A DNA stretch of 64,000 nucleotides from Euryarchaeota archaeon UBA106 (GTDB lineage: Archaea > Thermoplasmatota > Poseidoniia > Poseidoniales > Thalassarchaeaceae). How positions within the stretch are numbered: the first letter of the stretch is position 1; each line of letters opens with the position of its first letter. Both the position numbers and the translations under genes were made by a program. The notes under the pieces were generated by a model. The model did no database searches. It was given only the letters and a program-made list of their open reading frames with translations, and was not told where the DNA came from. Shown here in pieces: positions 1 to 10,564 of the stretch. Location: assembly GCA_002502365.1 (NCBI GenBank), contig DAOJ01000065.1, forward strand, positions 7,547 through 71,546, written 5' to 3'.

Positions 1-927
1 TAGAGCCTCACTAATACTAGCGCCCAATGAAACTTGTAAAAGCCCCGGAGTCCATCGATTAATTACTTCGTCTTTTATTGTCCAAGATGCTGTTAAATCG
101 CCTTCCATAGACTGCCAAATAGATCCTCTTCTTCCTCTTCCTTGCAATTGTATTCCCGCTCGTATTCTTTGCCAACCTTCCAAAGGTAATTCTTTTGCCT
201 CTTCCATGGTGGATTCTGTAGAATCAACATAAGTTTCTTCAACCCCTAGGCCTGGCTTCCAAAAGGCTACAACTTCCAGAGTATCACCGCCTATTCTTTG
301 TGTGGACAAAACCCTAGTCGACCATCCTTTTCTAGTCCAAATTAAAGGCGAATTTTTAGAATTTGAATCTGTATTCAAAAGTAGAATGAATACTTTCTGA
401 TTTAAGTTGTGTTGCTCAGCATATTCTAGCAATAATCTGGACCACCCACTTTCGGGTTCATCAGATAGGGAAGCCTCTTCAATGGGCCCTAGAGTGTCTT
501 GAAAATTAGATTCTAGATAAGGTAAATTCCAGACAACAACGTCTGCGTCGTATGGTAAGGTCCAATTCTCTTCCCCAACTCCTCCTTCTTCTACTGTAAT
601 TTTATCATCAACATCAGCCAAATTCGCATTACCTCTTGTTGCTGCGACTGCCAGAGGATTAATGTCAAAGGCAGAAACTCTCCAACCTGCTATAGCCATC
701 GCTATGGAAATGGCTCCAGACCCACATCCAATTTCTACCAAATGGCCACCACTGGTCCTAAGTTTTTGTAGAGCCCTGTACAGTAATTCAGTATCTTCAC
801 GAGGTGGATAAACAGTAGGCGGGACAGTCAACTGAATTTTTTCTTTATCTTCTATGGAAAATTCGTGTTTTTGGGATGGGGATTTAGAGGAATATTCTAT
901 CTCCCTCTCGATTTTTCCCCTCTCCAT
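1..927 (-). CDS. HemK/PrmC-like SAM methyltransferase fused to a BirA-like biotin-protein ligase domain (3' end runs off the window; not in the ORF track)
   Basis: Manual translation from ATG 927 (AGGAG upstream): VYPPREDTELL, EIGCGSG, DINPLAV, VVWNLPYL, then in the same frame with no stop ESTMEEAK...QLQGRGRRGSIWQSMEGDLTASW. Confidence 0.8.
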   Translation of the reverse strand, partial: MERGKIEREIEYSSKSPSQKHEFSIEDKEKIQLTVPPTVYPPREDTELLYRALQKLRTSGGHLVEIGCGSGAISIAMAIAGWRVSAFDINPLAVAATRGNANLADVDDKITVEEGGVGEENWTLPYDADVVVWNLPYLESNFQDTLGPIEEASLSDEPESGWSRLLLEYAEQHNLNQKVFILLLNTDSNSKNSPLIWTRKGWSTRVLSTQRIGGDTLEVVAFWKPGLGVEETYVDSTESTMEEAKELPLEGWQRIRAGIQLQGRGRRGSIWQSMEGDLTASWTIKDEVINRWTPGLLQVSLGASISEAL

Positions 928-1088
928 ACAATCTCCTGATTTTTCGCAAAAGTTTATCCATGAATATCCTTACTAATATCCGCTCTCTGGGGCTCTAGGG
1001 GGTAAAGGCCCAGCCTAGCCTATGCTATGCATAGACCGTCACTTTCTTAAACACCCCTTCGGACGACGGGCAGCCCAGCACTAGCCAT

Positions 1089-1162
1089 GGGCCTGTAGCT
1101 TAGTCAGGTAGAGCGCCGGGCTTTTAACCCGGTGGCCGGGGGTTCGAATCCCTCCAGGCCCG
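1089..1162 (+). tRNA. tRNA-Lys(UUU)
   Basis: GGGCCTG/CAGGCCC acceptor stem, anticodon arm CCGGG-CTTTTAA-CCCGG, GGTTCGAATCC T-arm. Confidence 0.95.
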
Positions 1163-1167
1163 CCTGA

Positions 1168-1200
1168 CCAAGCCTCAGGCCCACGGTTTTCTGGGCTTGG
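1168..1200 (+). other. Imperfect hairpin between tRNA-Lys and rpoH (processing or terminator-like)
   Basis: CCAAGCC...GGCTTGG inverted repeat. Confidence 0.35.
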
Positions 1201-1210
1201 GGCGACGTAA

Positions 1211-1798
1211 ATGGCAGTGAAGAGTTCTACCAAAAAGCGTCTGATTGAGTTGGGCATCGATGCAGAGCATGCTCACAAACTCGCTGACGACGCTAATATG
1301 GATGCAATCAAGAGAATGACAGTTGAAGAGGTATCCGAAAAGACAGGAGTTGCAATGAGCGATGCAACCCTAGAAAATATAATGACAATCATCAGAGAGC
1401 ACAATACCTCCCGAAGAAGAAGTCGCTCAGGCCGAATTACCATTTCAAGAAAAGCATTAGAACTTGACGACATACCCCAAGGCGATGATAGATTTAATGT
1501 CCTAAACCACATTTTAGTTCCTCATCATGAATTAGTCCCCGAAGAAGAAGAGGCAGCAGTACTGTCACCATGGGGCCTAGAAGTTTCTGACAACGACGGT
1601 GGAACCAGAATAGCTAAGGAATTATTACCTAAGATTTTGATTACAGATCCCGCAGTTCAAGCCATTAAGGAAAAGGTCGAGTCAGAACTCGAAGATTTGC
1701 CTGCAGGATGGCTTGCAAATAGGGTTGTACGGGTAATCCGCTACAGCAGAGTGGCTGGTTCTAGTACAGCGTTCAGACTAATCGTGGAGAGTGCCTGA
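1211..1798 (+). CDS. rpoH: RNA polymerase subunit H (Rpo5) with long N-terminal extension
   Basis: C-terminal FNVLNHILVPHHEL, LPKILITDP, VVRVIRYSRVAG..AFRLIV; first gene of the rpo operon. Confidence 0.9.
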   Translation: MAVKSSTKKRLIELGIDAEHAHKLADDANMDAIKRMTVEEVSEKTGVAMSDATLENIMTIIREHNTSRRRSRSGRITISRKALELDDIPQGDDRFNVLNHILVPHHELVPEEEEAAVLSPWGLEVSDNDGGTRIAKELLPKILITDPAVQAIKEKVESELEDLPAGWLANRVVRVIRYSRVAGSSTAFRLIVESA

Positions 1799-1810
1799 GG
1801 GGTTGATAAT

Positions 1811-4800
1811 ATGAAGGAAATCGTAGAAAGTTATTTTCAGCAAAGAAGTCTAGTAAATCACCAACTTGCTTCATACAACGACTGTATTCCCTCAACAGAT
1901 GGTAAGCTAAGTCGCATGGAAAAAATCGTTCGCAACATCCGTATTGGAACTGATGATCCAGTAGAGGATGACGATGGGGGTATAATCAAACTCGACGTTC
2001 TGGACAAAGAGATAGTAATCAGAATGAAGAATATTCATCTTGGTCGTCCTACTATTCGCGAAGCCAATGGGTCGGAACACCCTGGTACTCCTTTGGAATG
2101 CAGGCTTCGAAAACTGACTTATTACTCACCTGTTCATCTCGATTTCCAGATTATTAGGGACGATAAACCTACACCTGATATAGAAGAAAGAGTTCACATA
2201 GGAAACCTTCCTATTATGGTACGTTCAGCACAATGCAACCTTCACGCTAACCATATCTCACATCTGTGTGGAGAAGCGGATAGAAAATTAAATCCACATA
2301 CCTCAATCGAAGATGCAGAACGGTTGACTGAATTACTTCGAAGAGCCGGAGAAGATCCACTTGATCCAGGTGGCTATTTTATCATCAATGGAACCGAGCG
2401 GGTACTAATTTCAATGGAAGATCTCGCACCTAACCGAGTTACTGTTGAAAAGAACAAAAAGTACGCTCATGAAACAGAAGTCGCTAAGATTTTCTCTCAA
2501 AAAGATGGAGTTAGAAAGCCATTGAACATCGAAAAGCGCCGTGATGGTATGCTAATGGTAAAAATCCCAAGTGCAGGTACCACTCCAATTCCAGTTGTAT
2601 TGTTGATGCGTTCTCTTGGAATGGAAAATGACAAAGAAATTTTCACTGCAATTGCAGGTCCTGCAGAGGCAATGAAGTATACAGTTGCAAACCTCAACGA
2701 TGTCAAGGACAACGAAGAATACAATGTCGAAACCTCTGAGGAAGCACTTCAATGGTTAGAAAAGAAATTTGCCGCCGGTCAGCAAAAAGAATACCGTGAG
2801 GCTAGAATTCAGAATTTGTTGGATAAGGAATTACTGCCTCACCTAGGTTCTGGCCCCGAACATCGTGAAAAGAAGGCTATTTTCCTAGGAAGAATCGTCC
2901 GCCAAGTTTTGGAAATGGCGATCACAGACAAGGATCCTAACGACAAGGACCACTACGCGAATAAGCGCGTTCGTCTAGCTGGGGATTTAGTCGAGGACCT
3001 ATTCCGTGTCAGCCTACAACAACTTGCTAGAGACCTGAAATATCAATTAGAGAGACATCACAATAGGAAGCGTGAATTGAGAATTAACGCGTGCCTACGT
3101 CCTGATGTTTTAACTCAGAAGATAATGCATGCTTTGGCGACTGGAAATTGGGTCGGCGGACGTAGTGGAGTAAGTCAGTTGCTTGACCGAACGACATATC
3201 TTGCCGCTCTGTCACACATGAGAAGAGTCACCAGCCCATTGGTTCGAAGTCAACCACATTTCGAGGCCCGTGACTTACACCCAACTCAATGGGGTAGATT
3301 ATGCCCTAACGAAACTCCCGAGGGTCAAAATTGTGGGCTGGTGAAAAACGCCTCCCAAATGATTGACGTATCGGAGGAAGTTCACGAAAATGATGTCAAG
3401 CAACTTCTTAGCGAAGCCGGTGTAGATTCTTCACCAGCAGGCTGGGCTGAAGGATTCAGAGTTCACGTCAATGGTGACATTTTCGGACTTCACAAGAATG
3501 CTGCTAGATTGGTAAACCAATTCAAGCGCCGCCGCCGGCAAGGACGCATTCGTCCTGAGGTTAGTATCCGATACGACGGGGCGAACCGAGATGTGTTCAT
3601 CAATACTGATAGAGGCCGAATATTGAGGCCTTTACTTGTCCTAGAGGATGGCGATTTAGTATTATCAAAAGAGCATATGGACTTGATTAAATCCGGCGAA
3701 TGGACATTCGCAGATTTGGTCTCCAATGGAATTGTTGAATGGGTAGATGCGGAAGAAGAAGAAGACCTCCTAATAGCCCCACGTCCATTCGATTTGCCAA
3801 TGGTTTCTCCTAAGCATGGTCGGCCAATTAATCCAGCCGCAGTCGAGTGGGTAAACTTAGGCGATTCCCAAATCAAGAAGGCTAAGCTTCGTGTAGAAGT
3901 AAAGATGCCAAATGGGGATGTTGAAGTCGAGAATTTCAGCGTTCCTCTGAACTATTTCCAAGAGGAATTAGAAAGCATAATGCGCAAGCAAAAGCGGCAA
4001 AATACAGTTCTTGCATATACCCACGTAGAAATTGATCCACAATTGATTCTAGGTGTCTGCGCTTCATTGGTTCCTTATCCTGAACACAATTCCACTCCGA
4101 GAGTCACTGGTGGGACAGCGATGGTAAAACAAAGCCTTGGACTCCCTAGTGCGAACTACCGACTCAGGCCAGACACTCGAATGCATGTTATGCACTATCC
4201 ACAACAATCGATAGTAGGAACACGTTCCATGAAAACCACAAACTTCGCTCAAAGGCCAGGTGGTCAAAACTTCGTAGTTGCAATTTTGAGCCACCACGGT
4301 TACAACATGCAAGACGCAGTTGTAATGAATAGAGCAGCTGTCGAGAGGTCTTTAGGTCGCTCATCTTTCATTAGAACATACAATGCTGAGAACAAACAAT
4401 TCCCGGGTGGTCAAAAAGAACAAATCGAGATTCCAGGTACTGGCCTTGACGAGGTCAAGGGTCTAAAATCATGGGAAAGTTACGTTCACCTAGAAAGAGA
4501 TGGATTGCCAACACCAGAAACCCATCTATCTAGCGAGGGTGCCGAGACTGGGGTTTTGGTAGGAAAGACAAGCCCCCCTCGATTCCTCGAGGAATCTCAC
4601 GGCCACTTCCTACAAGCCCAAGAGAGAAGAGAATCATCAATGATGGTACGTAATGGGGAATCTGGTTGGGTCGACAACGTATATGTTACTGAATCCTTAG
4701 ATTCAGGTCTACTTTGCAGAATCACTCTCAGAACCGAAAAGGTTCCTGAACTTGGAGATAAATTTGCAAGTCGTCACGGCCAAAAGGGAATCATTGGCAG

Positions 4801-5497
4801 ATTAGTCGATGAAAAAGACATGCCGTTTACTGAAGATGGTATAGTACCTGACCTTATCATCAACCCACACGCTATCCCATCAAGAATGACCGTTGCTCAC
4901 GTTCTTGAAATGATAGGTGGAAAGGTTGGTTCGATGGAAGGTCGCCAAATTGACGGAACCGCCTTCAGTGGTGAGAAGGAAGAATCACTTCGTTCTGGAC
5001 TTCTTCGCAACGGATTCGCTCACACCGGAAGGGAAGGGATGATTAGCGGCGAAACCGGAGAAGCTTTCGATGCAGAAATATTCACAGGAGTAATCTTCTA
5101 TCAAAGGCTGCATCACTTGGTAAGTAGTAAGCTGCACGCTAGAAGTCGTGGTCGAGTACAAATTTTGACTCGCCAGCCTACAGAAGGGCGTGCTCGCCAA
5201 GGAGGTCTGCGATTTGGTGAAATGGAGAGAGACTGTCTGATTGCCCACGGTGCATCCATGGTAATCAAGGATAGGCTACTTGATGAGTCCGATGGATGGC
5301 CTCTAATGGTGTGTAACAACAGTGGTTGCGGTCACATCGCCTATTATGACTGGAAGAGGAGAACGCCAGTGTGCCCGGTTTGTGGCGACAGAGCAGATGT
5401 TCACTCCGTCCAGACCTCATATGCATTCAAACTACTCTTGGATGAGATGAAAAGTCTTGGAGTGGCTATGCGCCTAGAACTGGAGGATAGAAGATGA
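1811..5497 (+). CDS. rpoB: RNA polymerase subunit B (Rpo2), unsplit
   Basis: GGYFIINGTERV, GDKFASRHGQKG, GGLRFGEMERDC, C-terminal Zn ribbon. Confidence 0.98.
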   Translation: MKEIVESYFQQRSLVNHQLASYNDCIPSTDGKLSRMEKIVRNIRIGTDDPVEDDDGGIIKLDVLDKEIVIRMKNIHLGRPTIREANGSEHPGTPLECRLRKLTYYSPVHLDFQIIRDDKPTPDIEERVHIGNLPIMVRSAQCNLHANHISHLCGEADRKLNPHTSIEDAERLTELLRRAGEDPLDPGGYFIINGTERVLISMEDLAPNRVTVEKNKKYAHETEVAKIFSQKDGVRKPLNIEKRRDGMLMVKIPSAGTTPIPVVLLMRSLGMENDKEIFTAIAGPAEAMKYTVANLNDVKDNEEYNVETSEEALQWLEKKFAAGQQKEYREARIQNLLDKELLPHLGSGPEHREKKAIFLGRIVRQVLEMAITDKDPNDKDHYANKRVRLAGDLVEDLFRVSLQQLARDLKYQLERHHNRKRELRINACLRPDVLTQKIMHALATGNWVGGRSGVSQLLDRTTYLAALSHMRRVTSPLVRSQPHFEARDLHPTQWGRLCPNETPEGQNCGLVKNASQMIDVSEEVHENDVKQLLSEAGVDSSPAGWAEGFRVHVNGDIFGLHKNAARLVNQFKRRRRQGRIRPEVSIRYDGANRDVFINTDRGRILRPLLVLEDGDLVLSKEHMDLIKSGEWTFADLVSNGIVEWVDAEEEEDLLIAPRPFDLPMVSPKHGRPINPAAVEWVNLGDSQIKKAKLRVEVKMPNGDVEVENFSVPLNYFQEELESIMRKQKRQNTVLAYTHVEIDPQLILGVCASLVPYPEHNSTPRVTGGTAMVKQSLGLPSANYRLRPDTRMHVMHYPQQSIVGTRSMKTTNFAQRPGGQNFVVAILSHHGYNMQDAVVMNRAAVERSLGRSSFIRTYNAENKQFPGGQKEQIEIPGTGLDEVKGLKSWESYVHLERDGLPTPETHLSSEGAETGVLVGKTSPPRFLEESHGHFLQAQERRESSMMVRNGESGWVDNVYVTESLDSGLLCRITLRTEKVPELGDKFASRHGQKGIIGRLVDEKDMPFTEDGIVPDLIINPHAIPSRMTVAHVLEMIGGKVGSMEGRQIDGTAFSGEKEESLRSGLLRNGFAHTGREGMISGETGEAFDAEIFTGVIFYQRLHHLVSSKLHARSRGRVQILTRQPTEGRARQGGLRFGEMERDCLIAHGASMVIKDRLLDESDGWPLMVCNNSGCGHIAYYDWKRRTPVCPVCGDRADVHSVQTSYAFKLLLDEMKSLGVAMRLELEDRR

Positions 5498-8400
5498 GTG
5501 CCCGCGGAGTTGCAAAAATCCCAAAGAGGATTGATTCGATTAAATTTAGTCTGATGGATCCGAATGAAATACGAAAGATGTCAGCAGTTGAAGTAAAGAC
5601 AGCTGATACCTACAAGGATGATGGTCACGCATTCAAACAGGGTCTTATGGATCCCAAAATGGGTGTTATAGACCCCGGTATTCGATGTGAAACCTGTGGA
5701 AACAAACACGATGAATGTCCTAGCCACTTTGGACACATCGCTCTTGAGTTGCCTGTAATGCACATAGGTTTCACTCCTTTAATCAAAACCACATTGAAGT
5801 GTACATGCAATGAATGTAGCCAAATTTTGCTACACAGTGCTGCTGACACACATCCGTTAGATCCGGAAAAGTCTGAACAGGATTACTACCGAGATCGTGT
5901 TCATGATGTGATGAGAAAACATGGTGTTGGTTCGACAGAATTCAAGAAGATTATCAAAGAAATAGAGAAGGAATGCTCTAGTGCTAAGCGTGCAATTTGT
6001 ATGCACTGTGGAGCGGAGCAAGGAAAGATTATTCTCGATAAACCGACAACCTTCAAAGAGAAGAAAGCCGACAAAGGAGAACATAAACTCAATGCACGTG
6101 ATATTCGTGAATGGCTTGAGAAAATACCTGATGAACATCTGATTTTCTTAGGTATGGACAGTCATTCCAGTAGGCCTGAATGGTCCATAATGAAAGTTCT
6201 TCCAGTCCCTCCAATAACCGTTCGTCCATCAATCACACTAGACAGTGGAGATAGGTCCGAAGACGATTTAACTCACAAACTCGTTGACGTTTTGAGAATT
6301 AACCAACGACTAAGAGAAAATCGAGATGCAGGTGCGCCTCAATTAATTGTAGAGGATTTGTGGGAGTTGTTACAATATCACGTAACTACATACTTTGACA
6401 ATCAAACAAGTGGTATCCCACCCGCTAGGCATCGTTCCGGAAGGCCACTAAAGACTCTCTCGCAACGATTGAAGGGTAAAGAAGGTAGATTCAGGAGTAA
6501 TCTCTCAGGAAAGAGGGTTAACTTCTGTGCTAGAACCGTAATTAGCCCAGATCCAAATTTGGGGATTAACGAAGTTGGAGTGCCCGTGCGAACCGCAAAG
6601 GAACTCACGGTACCAATTCGTTCAACCAGTAGGAATCGTGAACAACTGAGAAGAATGATTCTTCGCGGGCCTGATGTACACCCAGGTGTTAACTACATCA
6701 TCCGCGGTGATAGTTTCCGTGTCAGAATTACAGACAGAACAAAATACATCTGGGCAGGTTTCCGATGCCTCAATCCAGACTGTCATTGTGGCAGTGATGA
6801 TGAACCATATCCAGGTTACAGACCTGACCTAAACACAGTATTACCGTCCCCTAATTTCCTTCCTGGTCTTGAGTTGAAAAAACAAATGAAAAGGAATGAA
6901 TTGGGAGATTTGGAAGACATTTGGTCTGTTGATTTAGATGCCACCCTTGCGAACCTACGTGGTGAAGATGAGAACGGACGCCCACTACCTGAAGATGATC
7001 CAAGAGCAGTAATTCATCACCGCTGGGTTTGGGAACAAAATAATCCTGATGAATATCTTCCTGAACACCTCGAAGTCAACTGCCCACACTGCGGTAGCCC
7101 GGCAATTGAGGATGAGTACGGTGAAGTTTACCGGACTGAAGTAGAAGACCGTCTTTCACCTTACGACAGAGAGGGCAATCCCCGTCCTGGTGTTATTGTA
7201 GAGAGACACCTAATTGATGGAGATGTTGCAATATTCAACAGACAACCATCACTACACCGAATGTCAATGCTTGTTCACGAAGTCAGAGTTATGCCAGGAA
7301 AGACATTCCGCTTTAACTTAGCAGATTGTACTCCATACAACGCTGACTTCGACGGAGATGAAATGAACCTACACGTAATTCAATCAGAGGAAGCAAGAGC
7401 TGAAGCTAAAATCTTGATGAGAGTTCAGGAACATATCATAACTCCTAGATATGGAGGCGCTGTTATTGGAGGAATCCATGACCATATTTCTGGTGCCTAT
7501 CTACTGACCCATGGTGAAAGAGTAATTCCAAAGGAATTAGCAATGGAAGTACTCGGTTCTGTTGGTTGGGATGGTGATATGCCTGAGGAGACTACTACGA
7601 AAGATGGAATAGTTGGGTACAAAGGAGCAGACTTACTAAGTTTAATTGTACCAGCAGGCTTCAAACTGAATTATACTAGCAGAAGCGGTGATGATGTCAA
7701 CGTAACATCGACAGGAATTGTCAGTGGAACTATCGACAAGCGTGGAATCGGTGCTGAAGATGGTCGCCTTCTTGATGCGGTAGTTCAAACTCACGGAACA
7801 GATAGGGGTGCAGAATTCCTAAATCGAATGACAAAAATGACAATTGCGATTTGCACAGCCTTAGGATTTACCACTGGTATCGATGATGAGGACTTACCAT
7901 CTGGAGCAATCAAAGAAATTTCTGAAATCAACGCTCGTGCCAGCGATGCAGTCGATGCTGAATTAGTAAAGTTCGGTAAAGATGGACGAAGATATGAAAC
8001 TAGACCTGGTAGAACCCCTTCAGAGACACTTGAGGAAAACATTCTCCAGATTCTAGATTCAGCCAAGGCCGAATCAGGAAACGTTGCAAAATCATACCTT
8101 GGAGAAGACAACTCTGCTGTAATCATGGCTACTTCAGGTGCTCGTGGTTCTATGGATAACCTAGCTATGATGGCAGGTTCTATTGGACAACCTAAAGTTC
8201 GTGGTAAGAGGTTAGAAAGAGGATACCAAGACAGGGTGTTGTCTCACTTCCCCCGCAACGTAAAGGGCGCTGAGGAGAAAGGTTTTGTTTCTTCTTCATT
8301 CAAACAAGGTCTACAACCTACAGAGTTCTTCATGCTATCAGTATCGGGAAGAGAATCTTTGGTTGATACTGCAGTTCGTACCTCAAAGTCTGGTTACATG

Positions 8401-8592
8401 CAGCGACGATTGATTAACGCAATGGATGATCTGAAAGTATCCGAAGATGAAAATGGATCGGTAAGAAATACTGCCGACAGAATTATTCAATTCGAATATG
8501 GAGAGGATGGAATCGATCCGGCTAGAAGCAGAAAAGGACTTCCGTTTGACATTACGAAGGTTCTAGATGATGCATTGGGAGGTGATGAGTGA
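5494..8592 (+). CDS. rpoA1: RNA polymerase subunit A' (Rpo1N)
   Basis: [11 protein letters not shown] catalytic motif, N-terminal Zn sites, [11 protein letters not shown]. Confidence 0.98.
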   Translation: MSARGVAKIPKRIDSIKFSLMDPNEIRKMSAVEVKTADTYKDDGHAFKQGLMDPKMGVIDPGIRCETCGNKHDECPSHFGHIALELPVMHIGFTPLIKTTLKCTCNECSQILLHSAADTHPLDPEKSEQDYYRDRVHDVMRKHGVGSTEFKKIIKEIEKECSSAKRAICMHCGAEQGKIILDKPTTFKEKKADKGEHKLNARDIREWLEKIPDEHLIFLGMDSHSSRPEWSIMKVLPVPPITVRPSITLDSGDRSEDDLTHKLVDVLRINQRLRENRDAGAPQLIVEDLWELLQYHVTTYFDNQTSGIPPARHRSGRPLKTLSQRLKGKEGRFRSNLSGKRVNFCARTVISPDPNLGINEVGVPVRTAKELTVPIRSTSRNREQLRRMILRGPDVHPGVNYIIRGDSFRVRITDRTKYIWAGFRCLNPDCHCGSDDEPYPGYRPDLNTVLPSPNFLPGLELKKQMKRNELGDLEDIWSVDLDATLANLRGEDENGRPLPEDDPRAVIHHRWVWEQNNPDEYLPEHLEVNCPHCGSPAIEDEYGEVYRTEVEDRLSPYDREGNPRPGVIVERHLIDGDVAIFNRQPSLHRMSMLVHEVRVMPGKTFRFNLADCTPYNADFDGDEMNLHVIQSEEARAEAKILMRVQEHIITPRYGGAVIGGIHDHISGAYLLTHGERVIPKELAMEVLGSVGWDGDMPEETTTKDGIVGYKGADLLSLIVPAGFKLNYTSRSGDDVNVTSTGIVSGTIDKRGIGAEDGRLLDAVVQTHGTDRGAEFLNRMTKMTIAICTALGFTTGIDDEDLPSGAIKEISEINARASDAVDAELVKFGKDGRRYETRPGRTPSETLEENILQILDSAKAESGNVAKSYLGEDNSAVIMATSGARGSMDNLAMMAGSIGQPKVRGKRLERGYQDRVLSHFPRNVKGAEEKGFVSSSFKQGLQPTEFFMLSVSGRESLVDTAVRTSKSGYMQRRLINAMDDLKVSEDENGSVRNTADRIIQFEYGEDGIDPARSRKGLPFDITKVLDDALGGDE

Positions 8593-10169
8593 TGGTTGTT
8601 AAGAGTGCAACAAAGAAGAAACTCATGGATCTTGGTATTGCTGAGGAATACGCTCACCGACTAGCTGATGATCGAAAATGGGATAATGTCAAGGTTCTTA
8701 CCGCAGGAGAAATAGCACAAATTTGTGCTACTGATTCTGGTATGGCACAAAACATCTCTGAAGTAATTCAAGGTTCAACTAAAGCAGCCCAAAAGGAGCA
8801 GAAAGCAGAGAAGACTTTGATTCGACGCCGTGTTACTTCCCGCAGAAGAAAGAAGAGTTTACTTCCTTTACAAGAATATGATTCTGAGGATAAAATGAAA
8901 CAAATCCACCGAGATTTGGATATTGAAAACCCAATGTTCACAAGCCTTTCTGATGCTGCAGTAAAAGAAAATATCAGAATTTCACCCAAGACAATTAATG
9001 ACTTAGTCAATGGTTTACTTTCTAGAGGTCAGAAAAAACTGACACCTGCTCAAGCGCGCAAGGTTGTTACTTGCGCAGCAGCAGATATGAAAATGTCTCG
9101 AGCAGACCCACATGAAGCGGTTGGAATTACCACAGCTCAATCGATTGGAGAACCGGGTACTCAAATGACTATGCGTACTTTCCACTATGCTGGTGTAGCA
9201 ACCGTCAACGTTACACAAGGTCTTCCTCGCGTTATCGAAATCGTTGATGCAAGAAAGGTTCCTAAGACGCCTACAATGCTCGTCTACCTTAATGAAAATG
9301 ATTCCAAGGGCAAACCTTTGCGAAGTAACGAGAAGAAGGTTCAGGCCATTGCTGCCGCAATAGAAACCACCACCACCAGAGATATTGCTTCGATAGATGT
9401 TGATGTTGCGCAAAGGCATCTTAATTTGGAATTAAATACCAAAAATATTCGATTGAAGAAAATGACTGGTGCAGAAGTCAGAGACAAATTACAAAGAGCT
9501 CTTCGACTATACATTCAGGCTGACGACGAAGATAAGCCTAAGGTTCTAAAGGTCATTCCAGGTGTGACAAAAGAGGATGATTTAGCCCAATTAGCAAATG
9601 ACCCACCTACATACACTGCTCTATTGCAATTAGAAGATAAAATCAAGAAATTACGTTTGAAAGGCCTACCCGATATTGTTAGAGCGAATGTTCAGGGTCC
9701 AAACAAGGACACTGGCGAATACTACATTGCAACCATTGGTTCTAACCTATCCAAGGTCAGTATGTTCGATGGCGTTGACAGAGGTCGCACTTACACCAAT
9801 AACATCAATGAAATTTATGGATATCTTGGTGTAGAAGCTGCCAGACAAGCCATAGTTAATGAGATGAAAGATACACTCGAGGGCGCAGGTCTAGAGGTAG
9901 ATACTAGACACTTAATTACAGTCGCAGATGTAATGACAAGCGAAGGTGAGGTTCGAGCAATTGGCCGTCATGGTGTTAGTGGAACTAAACACAGTATCTT
10001 GGCACGATCTGCATTCGAAGTGTCAGTTAACCATCTATTGCGAGCCGGTATTATTGGAGAAAGAGACCATCTACGTGGTGTAACTGAGAATATCATAGTT
10101 GGTCAACCTGTTGCCTTAGGGACAGGTAGCGTAGATCTATTCTACATACCTGAAGAGGCAGGTGCTTGA
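8592..10169 (+). CDS. rpoA2: RNA polymerase subunit A'' (Rpo1C) with N-terminal extension
   Basis: [31 protein letters not shown]; ATG overlaps rpoA1 stop (TGATG). Confidence 0.97.
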   Translation: MVVKSATKKKLMDLGIAEEYAHRLADDRKWDNVKVLTAGEIAQICATDSGMAQNISEVIQGSTKAAQKEQKAEKTLIRRRVTSRRRKKSLLPLQEYDSEDKMKQIHRDLDIENPMFTSLSDAAVKENIRISPKTINDLVNGLLSRGQKKLTPAQARKVVTCAAADMKMSRADPHEAVGITTAQSIGEPGTQMTMRTFHYAGVATVNVTQGLPRVIEIVDARKVPKTPTMLVYLNENDSKGKPLRSNEKKVQAIAAAIETTTTRDIASIDVDVAQRHLNLELNTKNIRLKKMTGAEVRDKLQRALRLYIQADDEDKPKVLKVIPGVTKEDDLAQLANDPPTYTALLQLEDKIKKLRLKGLPDIVRANVQGPNKDTGEYYIATIGSNLSKVSMFDGVDRGRTYTNNINEIYGYLGVEAARQAIVNEMKDTLEGAGLEVDTRHLITVADVMTSEGEVRAIGRHGVSGTKHSILARSAFEVSVNHLLRAGIIGERDHLRGVTENIIVGQPVALGTGSVDLFYIPEEAGA

Positions 10170-10182
10170 AGGAGGAATAGAA

Positions 10183-10479
10183 ATGGACTTAGCAAGACAA
10201 CTCAAACAAGGAATTAGTACTGGAACCGTACTATTCGGACAACGTCAAACAACTAGTGCTTGTAACAAAGGAGATGCTAGATTGGTTCTGGTTGCGGCGA
10301 ATTGTCCCGAGGACTATATTTCCCTCTTGACGACCAGCCATCCCGATATTACAGTACACAGAGTCTCAATGGTCAATCGGCAGTTAGGCGCTGCTTGTGC
10401 AAAACCCTTCCCAGTGAGCGCATTATGTGTTGTAGACCCAGGTCAATCTGATTTACTAACACTGAACGGAAACATTTGA
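10183..10479 (+). CDS. rpl30e: 50S ribosomal protein L30e
   Basis: TGTVLFG, LVLVAANCP, LGAACAKPF, VVDPGQSDLL; GGAGG RBS; canonical position after rpoA2. Confidence 0.9.
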   Translation: MDLARQLKQGISTGTVLFGQRQTTSACNKGDARLVLVAANCPEDYISLLTTSHPDITVHRVSMVNRQLGAACAKPFPVSALCVVDPGQSDLLTLNGNI

Positions 10480-10564
10480 TGGCAACATCAAATGACTTCT
10501 ATTTTGCATCTCGGTCAGGTAATATCAGGGATTCCTTTCAAGATATGGATGACTGTCAGACACC

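Noticed and set aside
6751-7190. Possible intein in RpoA'
   Set aside because: No C-terminal His-Asn/nucleophile junction and no LAGLIDADG motifs seen.
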